Assembly: GCA_050084985.1 (NCBI GenBank)
Contig: JBITNC010000001.1
Location: 68,014,001-68,078,000 of the forward strand
DNA from: Nageia nagi
Taxonomy: Eukaryota > Plantae > Pinophyta
Direction of reading: 5' to 3'
Length of the DNA stretch: 64,000 bases
Shown here: piece after piece, positions 53,467 through 64,000 of the stretch
Numbering within the stretch: position 1 is the stretch's first letter
How the letters are laid out: each line of letters starts with the position of its first letter
The notes under the pieces: generated by a model
What the model saw: the letters and a program-made list of their open reading frames with translations, nothing else
Database searches by the model: none
Told to the model about the DNA's origin: nothing
Position numbers and translations under genes: made by a program

Positions 53467-55687
53467 TCAGAATGTATCATCTGGGACAAAACCCCTTTGC
53501 AACATTTCATTGTGCAACTTGAAAGCCTCTCTGTCATTTCTCTCCATTAAGTAACCATCAATTAATGTTGTGTAAGTTGACTTATCGGGAGGCAGTCCCT
53601 TCTGTTTCATTCTTCCAAAGACTGCTTTTGCTTCCCGCAAGTTACCTTGTCTGCAAAGACCATTGATAAGTGTATTGTAAGTAATAACATCATGCACCAC
53701 ACCAATTTCTTCCATTTTATGAAATGTCCTAAGAGCTTCCAACATGTTTCCTTCCTTGCAGTGTGCATGAATAAGTGTGTTAAAAGTTATGTTATCTAGG
53801 ACAAGACCATCTGCCATTCTTTTGTTTATAAGTTCTTCAACTTTTCTAACATCTCCTGCTCGGCAGAAACCATTAATCATTGAATTGTATATAGCAAGAT
53901 TAGGAGTAATGCCATTCTTTGACATTTCTTCTCGTAGCCTAAATGCTTCTACAAAATCTCCCTTCCTGCATAAGTCATCAATTAAAATGCTGTAAGTAAT
54001 ATGATTGGGAGCTAAATTTCTTTCAATCATATCATTAAACAATTCTTTTGCTTTCTCCAAATTCCCTTCTTTGCAAAACCCATTGATTAGTACATTGTAT
54101 ATTACAATATCCGGCTTAAGATTTCTTTCTAATATTTGATTGAACAATGCTAAAGCCTTTTCCGCATTACCTTCTTTGCAGTAACCATCCATGATAGTGG
54201 TGATAGTCACATAGTCTGGGGTTATATCTCTTTGAATCATTTCATTTAAGAGAGCATTTGCTTCTGATAATCTTCTTTTCTTACAAAGACCGTTAATCAT
54301 TGTATTGTAAGTAACAACATCAGGCACCGAGCCTCTTTTGACCATTTCATCACGCAACTTAAATGCCTCAAGCATATCACCCTTCCTACAGTAGCCACTA
54401 ATGAGAACAGTGTAAATCACACTGTCTGGGACCAATCCAATCCGTTGCATTTCCTTGAAATATTTTTTAGCATCATGCAATAATCCTTCTTTTGTATGTA
54501 CAGTAATTAGCAAGCTATATGTGATAAAATCCGGAGAAAGTCCAACTCCTACCATTTCATTGCAAAGCTCAACAGCTTGTTTAGCACTGCCTCTCTTACA
54601 GCATCCATTTATCAAGATGTTGTAAGTTGCAATATTGGGGACCACACGTTTAGCAACCATTTCCTTCATAAGCGTTCTTGCGTCCTCAACCTTGCCTTCC
54701 CTGCAATGTCCATTCATAAGAGATGCATAAGTCAAGACATCAGGACATAAACCCTCCTCGACATAACATGCAGGAAATTGAAAGCCTCAGCCATCAGACC
54801 ATTACGGCAACAGGCATCAATCAAAGTGTTGTAAGTAACAATGTCAGGTGAAACCCCCTTTGATTCCATTTCACCCAATAACTTTTTTGCTTTTTCCAAC
54901 TTCCTTTCTTTGCACAAAGCATTGATCATTATGTTGAACGTATAAACATTTATCAAAATTTTGCTCTGAACTACTTCTGTATAGATTCTCCATGCCATGT
55001 CTACCCAATTAACCTTGACCAAACCCCCAAGAAGACTATTGCAGGCAACAATAGACGGCATGAAGCCAGACATCCTGATCCTATGAAATGCCTCCGAGGC
55101 ATCTCTCATCCTCCTTGCCTGCACACAGGTCCTAATCAAAACATCAAACACAATCGGTGTGGAATCACAATTCTTGTATGTGCTCACAAGAGCTTCCACG
55201 ACTACAGTACTGAACCTCCACTTCTTCGCACCATACGAAGCATCAGCGACTGAGCTCTTGCAAACCTCCTCCCTCTGATCAATATATGGATCATGACACT
55301 GATCGTTTCGGAGGTATGCTTGTAATTCTGTTCTTTTTCAACCCAATTGAAAAATCTAAGACCTCTACCCACATTGTTCTTACACTTATACAAAACGGTG
55401 GTCACCAATAATGGGCTACATTCTTGACCCATTTCCAAATAACCCAATTTTCCTCTCCTCAAACAGGCATAAACCTCTTCAATAAAATGGCCCTCCTTGG
55501 TGACTCTTGACTGTCCTTTCTCCTCCTCTCCTCTCATTGCTTTACTGCTTAGGAGATGAATTTGGGTCACTGCTCCTGAATGTTTTAGCAAGAATGGGTG
55601 ATGGAAATAGAAAAGCATCACATTAGCATACAAATATTGCGAATTTCTTCTCCACAGTATCGCTAAACCTCCACTCAGGTTTACCAT
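53467..55687 (-). CDS. P-class pentatricopeptide repeat protein (~16 PPRs), At5g01110-like; two 1-bp frameshifts as given
   Basis: Three abutting ORFs with tandem 35-aa PPR motifs (PDxxTYNTLINGxCKxG). The N-terminal KHTSETISVMIHILIRGRR...LRMVRRSG and the C-terminal HNEMLQRGFVPDDTF closely resemble At5g01110 as I recall it. First in-frame ATG at 55687; the true start may be at 55895 via an intron. Confidence 0.9.
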
Positions 55688-55742
55688 TTTATTTTGTGGG
55701 TGGTTCTTGTTTCTAAAATTTATCAAAAAGGGTACTTTGTCT

Positions 55743-55895
55743 CTGCTCGAAGTATGAAGCCTTCCCTATCCGAGCGGGATAACTGTGGAGTATGTTGTTG
55801 TAATGGATGCATGCTTAAAGCAAAAAATTGAGATTGAAAACGAAAACAATTTGAAGAGAAAATAGCTTTTACCTGTTTAAAAACGATGTGCCCAT
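55743..55895 (-). other. Candidate first exon and intron of the PPR gene
   Basis: ATG at 55895, donor CAG|GTAAAA at 55872, then a U-rich tract. The acceptor GAGCAG at 55743 would join this ATG in frame with the PPR ORF; nearer acceptors (55814, 55783) would give a uORF. Confidence 0.45.
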
Positions 55896-56179
55896 GGCTG
55901 CCTCTTCTCTATGCCCAGACTCCAAACCCAGTAACTACAATTGGAGTCTCCTGTAGAAAACATGTTCAAAATCGCCCAACTATGAGAATCCCACTGACAT
56001 ATGGGTTCTTTGTTTTGTATATATGTTGTTGGAAGTATACAGTACATTTTCAGAATTTTTTACATTTCTATACTATGATTGCTTTAATAATTGATGTAAT
56101 AAAAAAAATATAATTGATTTTATTTCTTTTTTTTTTTAATGATAGCCCATCATTATTTATGTGTTTGGGCTTCTTTTTC

Positions 56180-57307
56180 AATAAATTTATTCTAGAGTTA
56201 CAAGTGAAAAGCAAGAAATTTTCAATTGGATTTAGGGCATGTGTGAGAAGCTTTCTTATTTTCAACATTTAAGAGTTTTTTACATTTATTTTTTTTCAAG
56301 TTGATACATTTAGAAATGAGATCCTTACTAAAACCATTTTTTATGAGAATGCAGTTCAAAGTTTTGAGAAGTTTGTCTCACTCGTTGAAACAAAGTTATG
56401 AGAAATTTGAAGAAATGAAGCAAAGAAAGCATAAAAAGTCTTAATCTTCGCATTAGAGATTTATCGTATGGGGTCAATCCCATGGAGACAGTATTAATTG
56501 TTATACACACCAAGTTGAATCTACCAAAAATTCCTATTATCAAGCTTGGTTTGTAAGGAATTCATCTTTGTTCGTTAGATTTCACTCAACCAAACATAGA
56601 CTCTTTATCTTGCGAGCCAAAAAGATCATCCCCTCTTTGTCGAAATGCATATACACCAATGAAGATCTCATGTGCACGTAAGCCCGAGAATTTGCTACAG
56701 CTAGGAAGGAATTTGCAAAAGCAAGAAAATAGGCAAGTGGGTTATTACCCAAAACTATCGAGCTTGGATTAAAGACTTCCCCCTGAGGGTTGGTCCAAAG
56801 CTTGGCCCCTCGCATCCTTTGCTACCAAATGATGTCCATTAGGAACCCTTTCAGATCTCTCCACACTTACAGTCTTAGTTTGGAACTGCAATGGGATGCT
56901 TTGGTCTTCTCTTGGCTTAGTGCACGACATTATTCATCAATCAAATTTGATATTATTCTCTGAGACATATGAGAGCTCTATGAAGGGGCTTCCCCCCTTT
57001 TCAGGATTTACGTTGATTTCTACCTTCAAGGTTTTAGGTTGTACAAGCTTTAGTGGATGTGGTTTGGGAGGTGTTGCCTTTCTAGTCCATGATCACTTAT
57101 TACCAAGGATTTGTATTGAAGGGATAGACACATATGCTCAATACATCTAGATCTCTCTAGCATGGGCCCCACACCTCATGAAGTTATTTATTATCAAATG
57201 TTACTTTCCACCTACAACCTTGAGTTATTTTATTCATGATAAGGGAGAGTCCCCTTATCCTGACCTTCTTTCAAAGATCACCAGATACTCCATCTAGGGG
57301 AGATTAT
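56180..57307 (+). mobile_element. 5' part of an RTEX-like LINE related to family B (ORF1 and endonuclease N-terminus), cut by a Copia LTR
   Basis: ORF1-type KSLNLRIRDLS and IYTNEDL motifs. Endonuclease ILFSET, GGVAFLV and KCYFPPTT...SPYPDL..KITRYS..GEII, homologous to 52049-52348. Breaks just before the GDFN motif. Confidence 0.78.
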
Positions 57308-57779
57308 TGAGAGAATTGAACTATAACATGAACAACTCTAAACTTCTAAGATCACATGAAAGGTCACAATACACATCTAACAAACTCACAAAACAATCTC
57401 ACAAATATAACACAAGATGTAAGTGGTTCCTCCAACTAGGAGTACATCCACTAACTAGATCTTTACTTCAATCACAAATACAACTCTCTTACAATCCTCC
57501 TAATCTCAACTCCTAAACACTATCGTCTAACACAACTTTACTCCATAAATTTGTATGTAATCACAAAGAGGGAGCCTTCTATTTATAGGCCAAAATCCCT
57601 CTTTAGATCATCCTTTTATCCAATGTACAAAAGCATGACATGCACATCCTTTTACCCAAGGGGCATACTCATGACATGGAGTGTAGAACAAGTAACATTA
57701 TCATATTCACTTAAATATATAAAGTATCAAATGACACCCTTAAGTATTAGTGAACTTACATAGAAGATTATTATATAAC
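57308..57779 (-). mobile_element. Copia LTR of the same family as 8873-17729, interrupted near its end by the Gypsy element
   Basis: Starts TGAGAGAATTGAACTATAAC and aligns with 17223-~17695; the last ~30 bp are missing at the Gypsy insertion point. Confidence 0.92.
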
Positions 57780-58133
57780 TGTATTCTTTTAGAATTACAC
57801 TCTGAATCGAAGTAATACAAAATTATTCTTTTATTCTTATCAATTCCTTCTATTCTCATTTCTTTCTCTTAAGAGTGTCCGGGAGTTATTTTCTTTCTCT
57901 TAGAGTGTTCGGGAATTGTAAATACAAGTGTCTGGGAGCTATATTCATTCCCTTAGAATGTCCAAGAGTTATATAAATACAAGTCTCTGGGAGTTGTAAA
58001 TTCTTTTATTCTTTCATTCTTACCAATTCCTTCTATTCTCATTTCTTTCTCTTAAGAGTGTCTGGGAATTGTAAATACAAGTGTCCAAAAATTGTAAATA
58101 CAAGTGTTTAGGAGTTGTATAAATTCAAATCCA

Positions 58134-58505
58134 AGACATCTAATAGAGCCCACCGATTCTAAGTGATGATGTCATAATTTTTAACTCAAATCAGCGGTCT
58201 TGGAATAAACAATGGTGGGTGAAGATTTATAAAGACATTAAATAGAGCCTGCTAATTTTGAGTGATGATGTCATAATTTTTGATTGAAATCAGCAGGTCC
58301 CAAAACAAGCAATGGCAAGTGCAGATTTATGAAGACATAAAATAGAGCCCATCGATTCTGAGTGATGAGGTCATAATTTTTGATCGAAATCAGTGGGTCC
58401 CAGAATAACTAATGGCAAGTGAAGATTTACGAAGATATCAAACAAAGCTCATCGATTCTAAGTGATAATGTCATAATTTTTGATTGAAATCAATGGGTCC
58501 CAGAA
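58134..58505. repeat. ~100-bp tandem repeat (~3.7 copies) inside the Tat LTR; shorter AAGTGTCTGGGAGTTGTAAATAC-type repeats at 57870-58130
   Basis: AGAC.T.AATAGAGCC...GTGATGATGTCATAATTTTT recurs at 58134, 58233, 58333 and 58433. Confidence 0.9.
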
Positions 58506-61500
58506 GAGCTAGATTATCAACAAAGCTCAAACGAAGAAAATAGAACTTGCCAAGCTAAGGTAAGAGTAATGCATAAGAAGAAACACCTGGGTCCACTTTA
58601 TCTTAAGTGTTTGACCCCCGGGGCCCTGTTAATATGTCAACACCAACTCATTTTCACATAATAGTGGTAGTTTCTTCTCAAACCAAGTTGACATAATGTT
58701 TACCAACCACCATTACTCTAGCTACTGACATCTATAGTAGAGATCATAAAGGTTGCAAAGAAGTAAATAGTAGTCGATAGAGCATAGTACCAAATCATAT
58801 CTATCAATTTGCAAATAAATAATTATTTAGATAGCTACAGTGCCATCTTCAATCAACTACAGGGCTGAAGAAGGAGCAGTCAATGATATGTTAGAAGGAT
58901 TACGGCTCTATGGACATGACTATTTAGAAATTGCAAATTCCCATATAGTCATGTTGTTGGTACTTATCACCATGTAATCTAACACAGTTGTAGTATTTAT
59001 TGTAAATAGTGCTATTTTAATTGCTTCATTCAATGTGAGCAATTATGTATATTAATGAAACACAACCACCCAAGAAGGGGGGAAGGATGTATAAATAGTT
59101 AATTTTTAAAGATCAAAAGGGTCGAACATTCTAGCAAATTTGCCCAAATCTGTAAGATATTTTCACATATGATAATACAAACAGATAATGCTTTGCCCTC
59201 TTGCAATAAAATGGCTGTTTATTTCTTTTGTGAATGTTATGTGTAAAATGTTTTCTTCAAATTATGGTTGTGTATTGTGATTGCGAGACCCTAGATGCGA
59301 GATAGCTTGTTATTCTTAATTTTGGCCATGGATTGTTGCCTGTGTTGCAATGCCCAGGTTGTATATTTCTTATTTTAAATCTCATTTCATTTACTTGTCT
59401 CTTTCTTGTAACTCTTTATCCTTTCATTTCTTTTCAGTTACTTTTAACCTTAATTATAGATAGGAACCGACCTATAAATTGAAGATTGAGCAGAAAACCA
59501 ACACGAGCACATCCCCACCACCTTCTACTATTTCAAAGAACTTACCATTTCAAGAAGTGGAGAACACGACTATACCAAACCCTTTGAGGTTATGCTATAC
59601 CAATCAATAGTAGAAAATTTCATTTTTTGGCATGCTCGATGGGACACATGAGCTAATTTCCATATTTAGCAGGCGTAGTTAGGCCTGATAGCCTTGTCTG
59701 GTGGGCTATCAATTAAATCCTTCAATATTATAAGGTTCTTTTAACCTTATTAGTGACTCTACTGTCAACCAGTCAATGTTTTGAACCCTGGCACCTTCAA
59801 AATGCAAATTAACTAGTAGTGCCAAAAATTACCTTAGACAGCCTAGATTTCAAGAGCTATTAGTTCCTAAGAGGAGGACTAGGTGAAAGATTTCTTAGGT
59901 TGTATCTCCTTTGGTCTGCATAAGGGAAATCCCACTATCGGTTGTATTTGACTTAGTCCTTGAAAATCTTTCATCTCCTACCCATTCTCCAAGTATGACT
60001 CAACCAGCAGATTTTTCTGCTTGGAATAATGGTCATCCTTTGGTGTTGCTACTAATTCCCCTCCTATACCTCAAGCAACTTTCAAAGTTTGCCTAAGTAT
60101 AATGGCTCTGAAAAGACACCATATAAACATTATCAAAATGTATCTTTATTGGCTTTAAACTTTGATATTACTGATGAAACCGTGATGATTAGATTACTAT
60201 CACACTCTTTTGAGGGCAAAGCAACCGAGTGGTTCAGAAGTCTTACCCCCAATCTATAAATTCATGGAGAGAGTTATGTTAGGATTTAATTAAAAGATTT
60301 GTTGTAGATAGTAATGATAATGCATTCCTTAACCTTATAGCATGTATCAAAAGACATCCTCATGAATCCATTAATGATTTGAATATTAGATTTGAAAGAA
60401 CATGGAAATCCATACCAGTAAGGATTAGACCAACAAATGCATAAGCTCTGGTGTACTATAGGAAGGCCTTCCTTCCTGATCTCAATATTCTCATTATTAT
60501 ATTAGGAGACACATTCCCACATGTTTACCAAACAACAAAAATTGCAAAACATATCCTGGTGTCCTCTAGTAAAATGCAACCTAGAATAATCATGCCTTTA
60601 TTTATGAATTTACCTCCTAAACAAGCTCCACAAATAGGTCATCCTAGAGTTTTGTCCTTACCACCTCCTCCTAAACCTATTATCGAAAACTAGTTACCAT
60701 CATTACTTGCTTTTACATCCATAAGTATTGGTGCTGAACCTAAATCTTAAGAAGAGGAAAGAATAAGGTAGTTGGAGGTAACTATCAGGAATCTAACCAA
60801 TAAGCTCACTCTGCAAGAAAGGTAGAATTATGAATTTAATTATAAAAGATATGATAATTAGTATCAACTAAGATTCCAGCCCAAGGTCAACTAGCCAGAA
60901 TAGATAAATGCTCCCAACATAATTAAAAATGCTATTATGATGAGTTCTGCAAATAATGTTGGTTCGGGTATTACAAAATGGTGTCCACCATGTTCAGCTC
61001 CTCACTTTCCAGATTCATGTGTAGTGTATCAACATCAGTACTTGGGATTACATTCTGACCAAATGGTGGAATTTGCATCAGATCTTGCTGTTGATCTCAT
61101 AATGGTGAACTTTTAGCTTCCAGGATATGCTGGAGAATAAACAAATTATGTTCAAACTAGAGCAACTTCAAGAGTTTCATAGCAACCCTAAGCAATTCAA
61201 CAATATTGAGCATCCACTCAAATACAACTTGAACCTAAGAAAGCTACGACTCCCTTAGCTCAACCTCAGAACCAACAACATCAAGTTCCATTAAATTGAG
61301 GTATTGTTTTATCAAATATGGGTACTAATGCCCCGGTTGAAATAAACCCCACTGCAATTAGAAAAGAAGTCCCAAAGGAGAGACCTAGTATATTGAGATA
61401 TCCTTTTATTATTAATTATCATAAAGAAAAGGCTACTCAACATTTCAGAACACATCAATAAGTGAAACTAATTAAGTTCATCCCATATGCTCCATATAAT

Positions 61501-62298
61501 ATTGTGGAAGAATTAAAGAAAACTCTTTCTAGGATGACTATGTTTAATGCATTAAAGATACTAGGTCAATTAGATCTTTTGCAAGAAGCTTTGATGTTAA
61601 AAAATAGTAAAAAAAGGTAAATGAAAGGAATCCTATCTATGTAATGTTTAATGATGTCCCCTCAGCTCCAATAGGTATAACAAGGTCCCCACCTTTCTAT
61701 TTATCTTTGAGACTAGAAGGTTGGGAAGTAAACAACTGTATGATTGATACTAGAGCTGTAATAACTATGATCCTTAAAGTTGCTATAGATGAAATGAAGC
61801 TCTATATTACAAGATGTATTGATGGTGTCATACAATTAGATTCTTCCTTAGTAGATGTAGTTGGTAGTGTCAAAGGAGTTCAAATAACTTTGAATGTTTT
61901 TTCTAATATTTGTATTGTCCAAGATATTATTGTAGTTGATCTTCTATTTTTATTCAAAATGTCTTTCCAAAAAATTTATCGTTAAATTGGGAGGATACCT
62001 AGCTTTAGACTACAGTCACCTTCTGCTTCCTTTCCAAGATAGACAGGTAAAAATTTTGAATAAAGGCACCAAAAGTGTCCATCTAAAAAAGATCACTGAA
62101 TAAAGCTATATGAATGGTCCATAATTAGTGGAAATATTTGAAAGAGACACACTAAGGGAATCACTACTAACAACTAAAGTTCTTTCAGCAAATGATCTGA
62201 ATTATCAAGTCATAGATGCTGGTATGAAAAATTATTATTTATATGAGAAAATTCAACCAATCTTAGTCACTACTAATAAATAATATAAGATATGGACA

Positions 62299-62700
62299 AT
62301 GTATTTTGATGAACCCCGATGTAAACATAGATGTGAAGTTGGAGTGGTGTTCAAATCTCCAAAGGGAAATACAAAAATATTCTCCTTCCAATTCACATGG
62401 ACTTGTACAAATAATGTTGCTGAATATGAAGCCCTTTATTTAGAGTTATCTAAAACAATTAGTATAGGCATCAGGTGCTTGATTGTCCATGGTGATTCAA
62501 AACTAGTAATTAAGTAGGTTAAAAATCATATTAGTGCAAAACATCATTATCTGAAGATCTATAAGAATAGAGTGTGGAATTTATTGGATTCATTCTTGGT
62601 ATCAATTTTATATCTATTCTTAGAAGGTACAACCAAATAGCTGATGCACTTGTTGGAAGAGAGGCACGTTATAATCCTGCTCATTATAAAAGAAGAGCTT
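62299..62700 (+). pseudogene. Additional (archaeal-type) RNase H domain between protease and RT
   Basis: YFDE, TNNVAEYEAL, GDSKLV and NQIADAL motifs lie upstream of RT (63206 onward). Confidence 0.85.
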
Positions 62701-64000
62701 TTGGAGTCAAAGTTCAATGTAGGCCTTTAATACCTGATGCTACAAACTTCTAGCAAATATTCAAATCTGATGAGCATATTATGAACTTCCTCATGGATGA
62801 AGCAGTGGCTCACACTTTTGGTATTCAAGAAATGCTTGATTGTTTCTAAGAATCAGATGTTATTCAACTTAGAAATAATGTTGTACCAAAAGGATTGCTC
62901 TCTTTTGAAAGACTGTTTGATTCAAAAAATGTTCAAAAGGCTAAGTCTTTGGCCATCCTGCAGGAGAATTATGTTGAGCTAGAAGTAGAACTCGAAAAGC
63001 ATATAAAAGTTGGTTTAGAGTGTTCTGATATAGAAAAGGCTATTATATCTCAAATTTATCATGAGTTTTCCCAAGTAATTGCTCGAACTTATGATGATTT
63101 TAAGACATATAACAAGAGTGTCATCCAACACATAATTGAGCTTGAACCAAATGTCAAATCATATAGGTAAAATAAAGACCAGTCAACCCAAAAATTGAGA
63201 AAGCTATGAAGCAAGAGTTAATCAAGCTGCTTGATTCAAAAATTATTTATCCTATCAAGCATTCTTCTTGGGTTGCAAATCTAGTTCCTGTTAGAAAGAA
63301 AAGTGGAAAAAATAGACTCTGTGTTGATTTTAAAAATTTGAATCAAGTGTCTCTTAAAGATAATTATCCTCTCCCTCCTATGGAGCAAATTCTACATACA
63401 GTAGCTGGAGCTCACTATTTTTTAATGATTGATGGTTACTCAAGATTTAACTAGATTTGGGTGAAAGATGAAGATCAATTCAAAATTGCATTTACAATTA
63501 AATGGGGGACATTTACTTTTCAAATAATTCCATTTGGTCTTTCTAATGCGAGAGCTATCTTTCATAGAGTCATGGATCATGCATTTGGTGAACTAATAAA
63601 TAAGATTATAGTGATCTATCTAGATGATATCATAGTCTTATCTAGAAGCAAAAATGATCACCTAGAACATCTAAGACAATTCTTTGAAAGATGCATGAAA
63701 TTTGGCATTTCAATAAATTAAAAAAAATCAATTTTTATGGTCAACAAAAGAAAATTACTTGGCCATATTATCTCAAAAGAGGGACTAGCAATTGATATAG
63801 ACAAAGTAAAAGCTATAGAAACTACCACTTCCCTCAAATAAGAAGGCCTTGCAATCATTCCTTGTTCAAATCAATTTTGTTAGAAAATTCATCAATAATT
63901 TTTGAAAAATTGTATCCCCAATCACTTCAATACTAAAGAAAGATGTTGTATTTTCTTGGTCATATGAAAGAAAAGTAGCCTTCAAAGAAATAAAAAGGCT

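Larger units (their letters stand above)
57780..64000 (+). mobile_element. Ty3/Gypsy Tat-clade retrotransposon: 5' LTR 57780-59622, PBS, gag, protease, extra RNase H, RT; runs off the window
   Basis: LTR TG...CA followed by TGGCATGCTCGATGGGAC (59628-59645), a degenerate tRNA-Arg-type PBS. Gag SFEGKATEWFRSL; protease MIDTRAV; RNase H MYFDE...CTNNVAEYEAL...HGDSKLV; RT WVANLVPVRKKSG.NRLCVDFKNLN...YLDD. Confidence 0.92.

Overview
AT-rich, CpG-depleted plant nuclear DNA, most likely from a large-genome gymnosperm (inferred from the TE lineages). It has no prokaryotic features. The only host gene I can support is a P-class PPR gene on the minus strand (53467-~55700, resembling Arabidopsis At5g01110 from memory), broken by two 1-bp deletions. 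Most of the rest is nested, decayed TEs: a complete Ty1/Copia with TSD (8873-17729) and two more LTRs of its family, a Tat-type Gypsy with an extra RNase H between protease and RT, other Gypsy pieces and solo LTRs, several L1 and RTEX-like LINEs, a hAT pseudogene carrying a young hAT MITE, and a tRNA-derived SINE. The most notable pattern is a switch in mutational signature at ~27.1 kb. To the left, TEs have lost both CG and CHG (CAG/CTG). From ~27.1 to ~56 kb, old TEs have lost CG but kept CHG. With minus-strand splice signals at 27-28 kb, this suggests the PPR gene is a hidden ~29-kb transcription unit with a giant TE-filled 3'-UTR intron. The Copia LTR pair also shows an apparent gene-conversion tract. 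All counts are by hand and no database searches were run.
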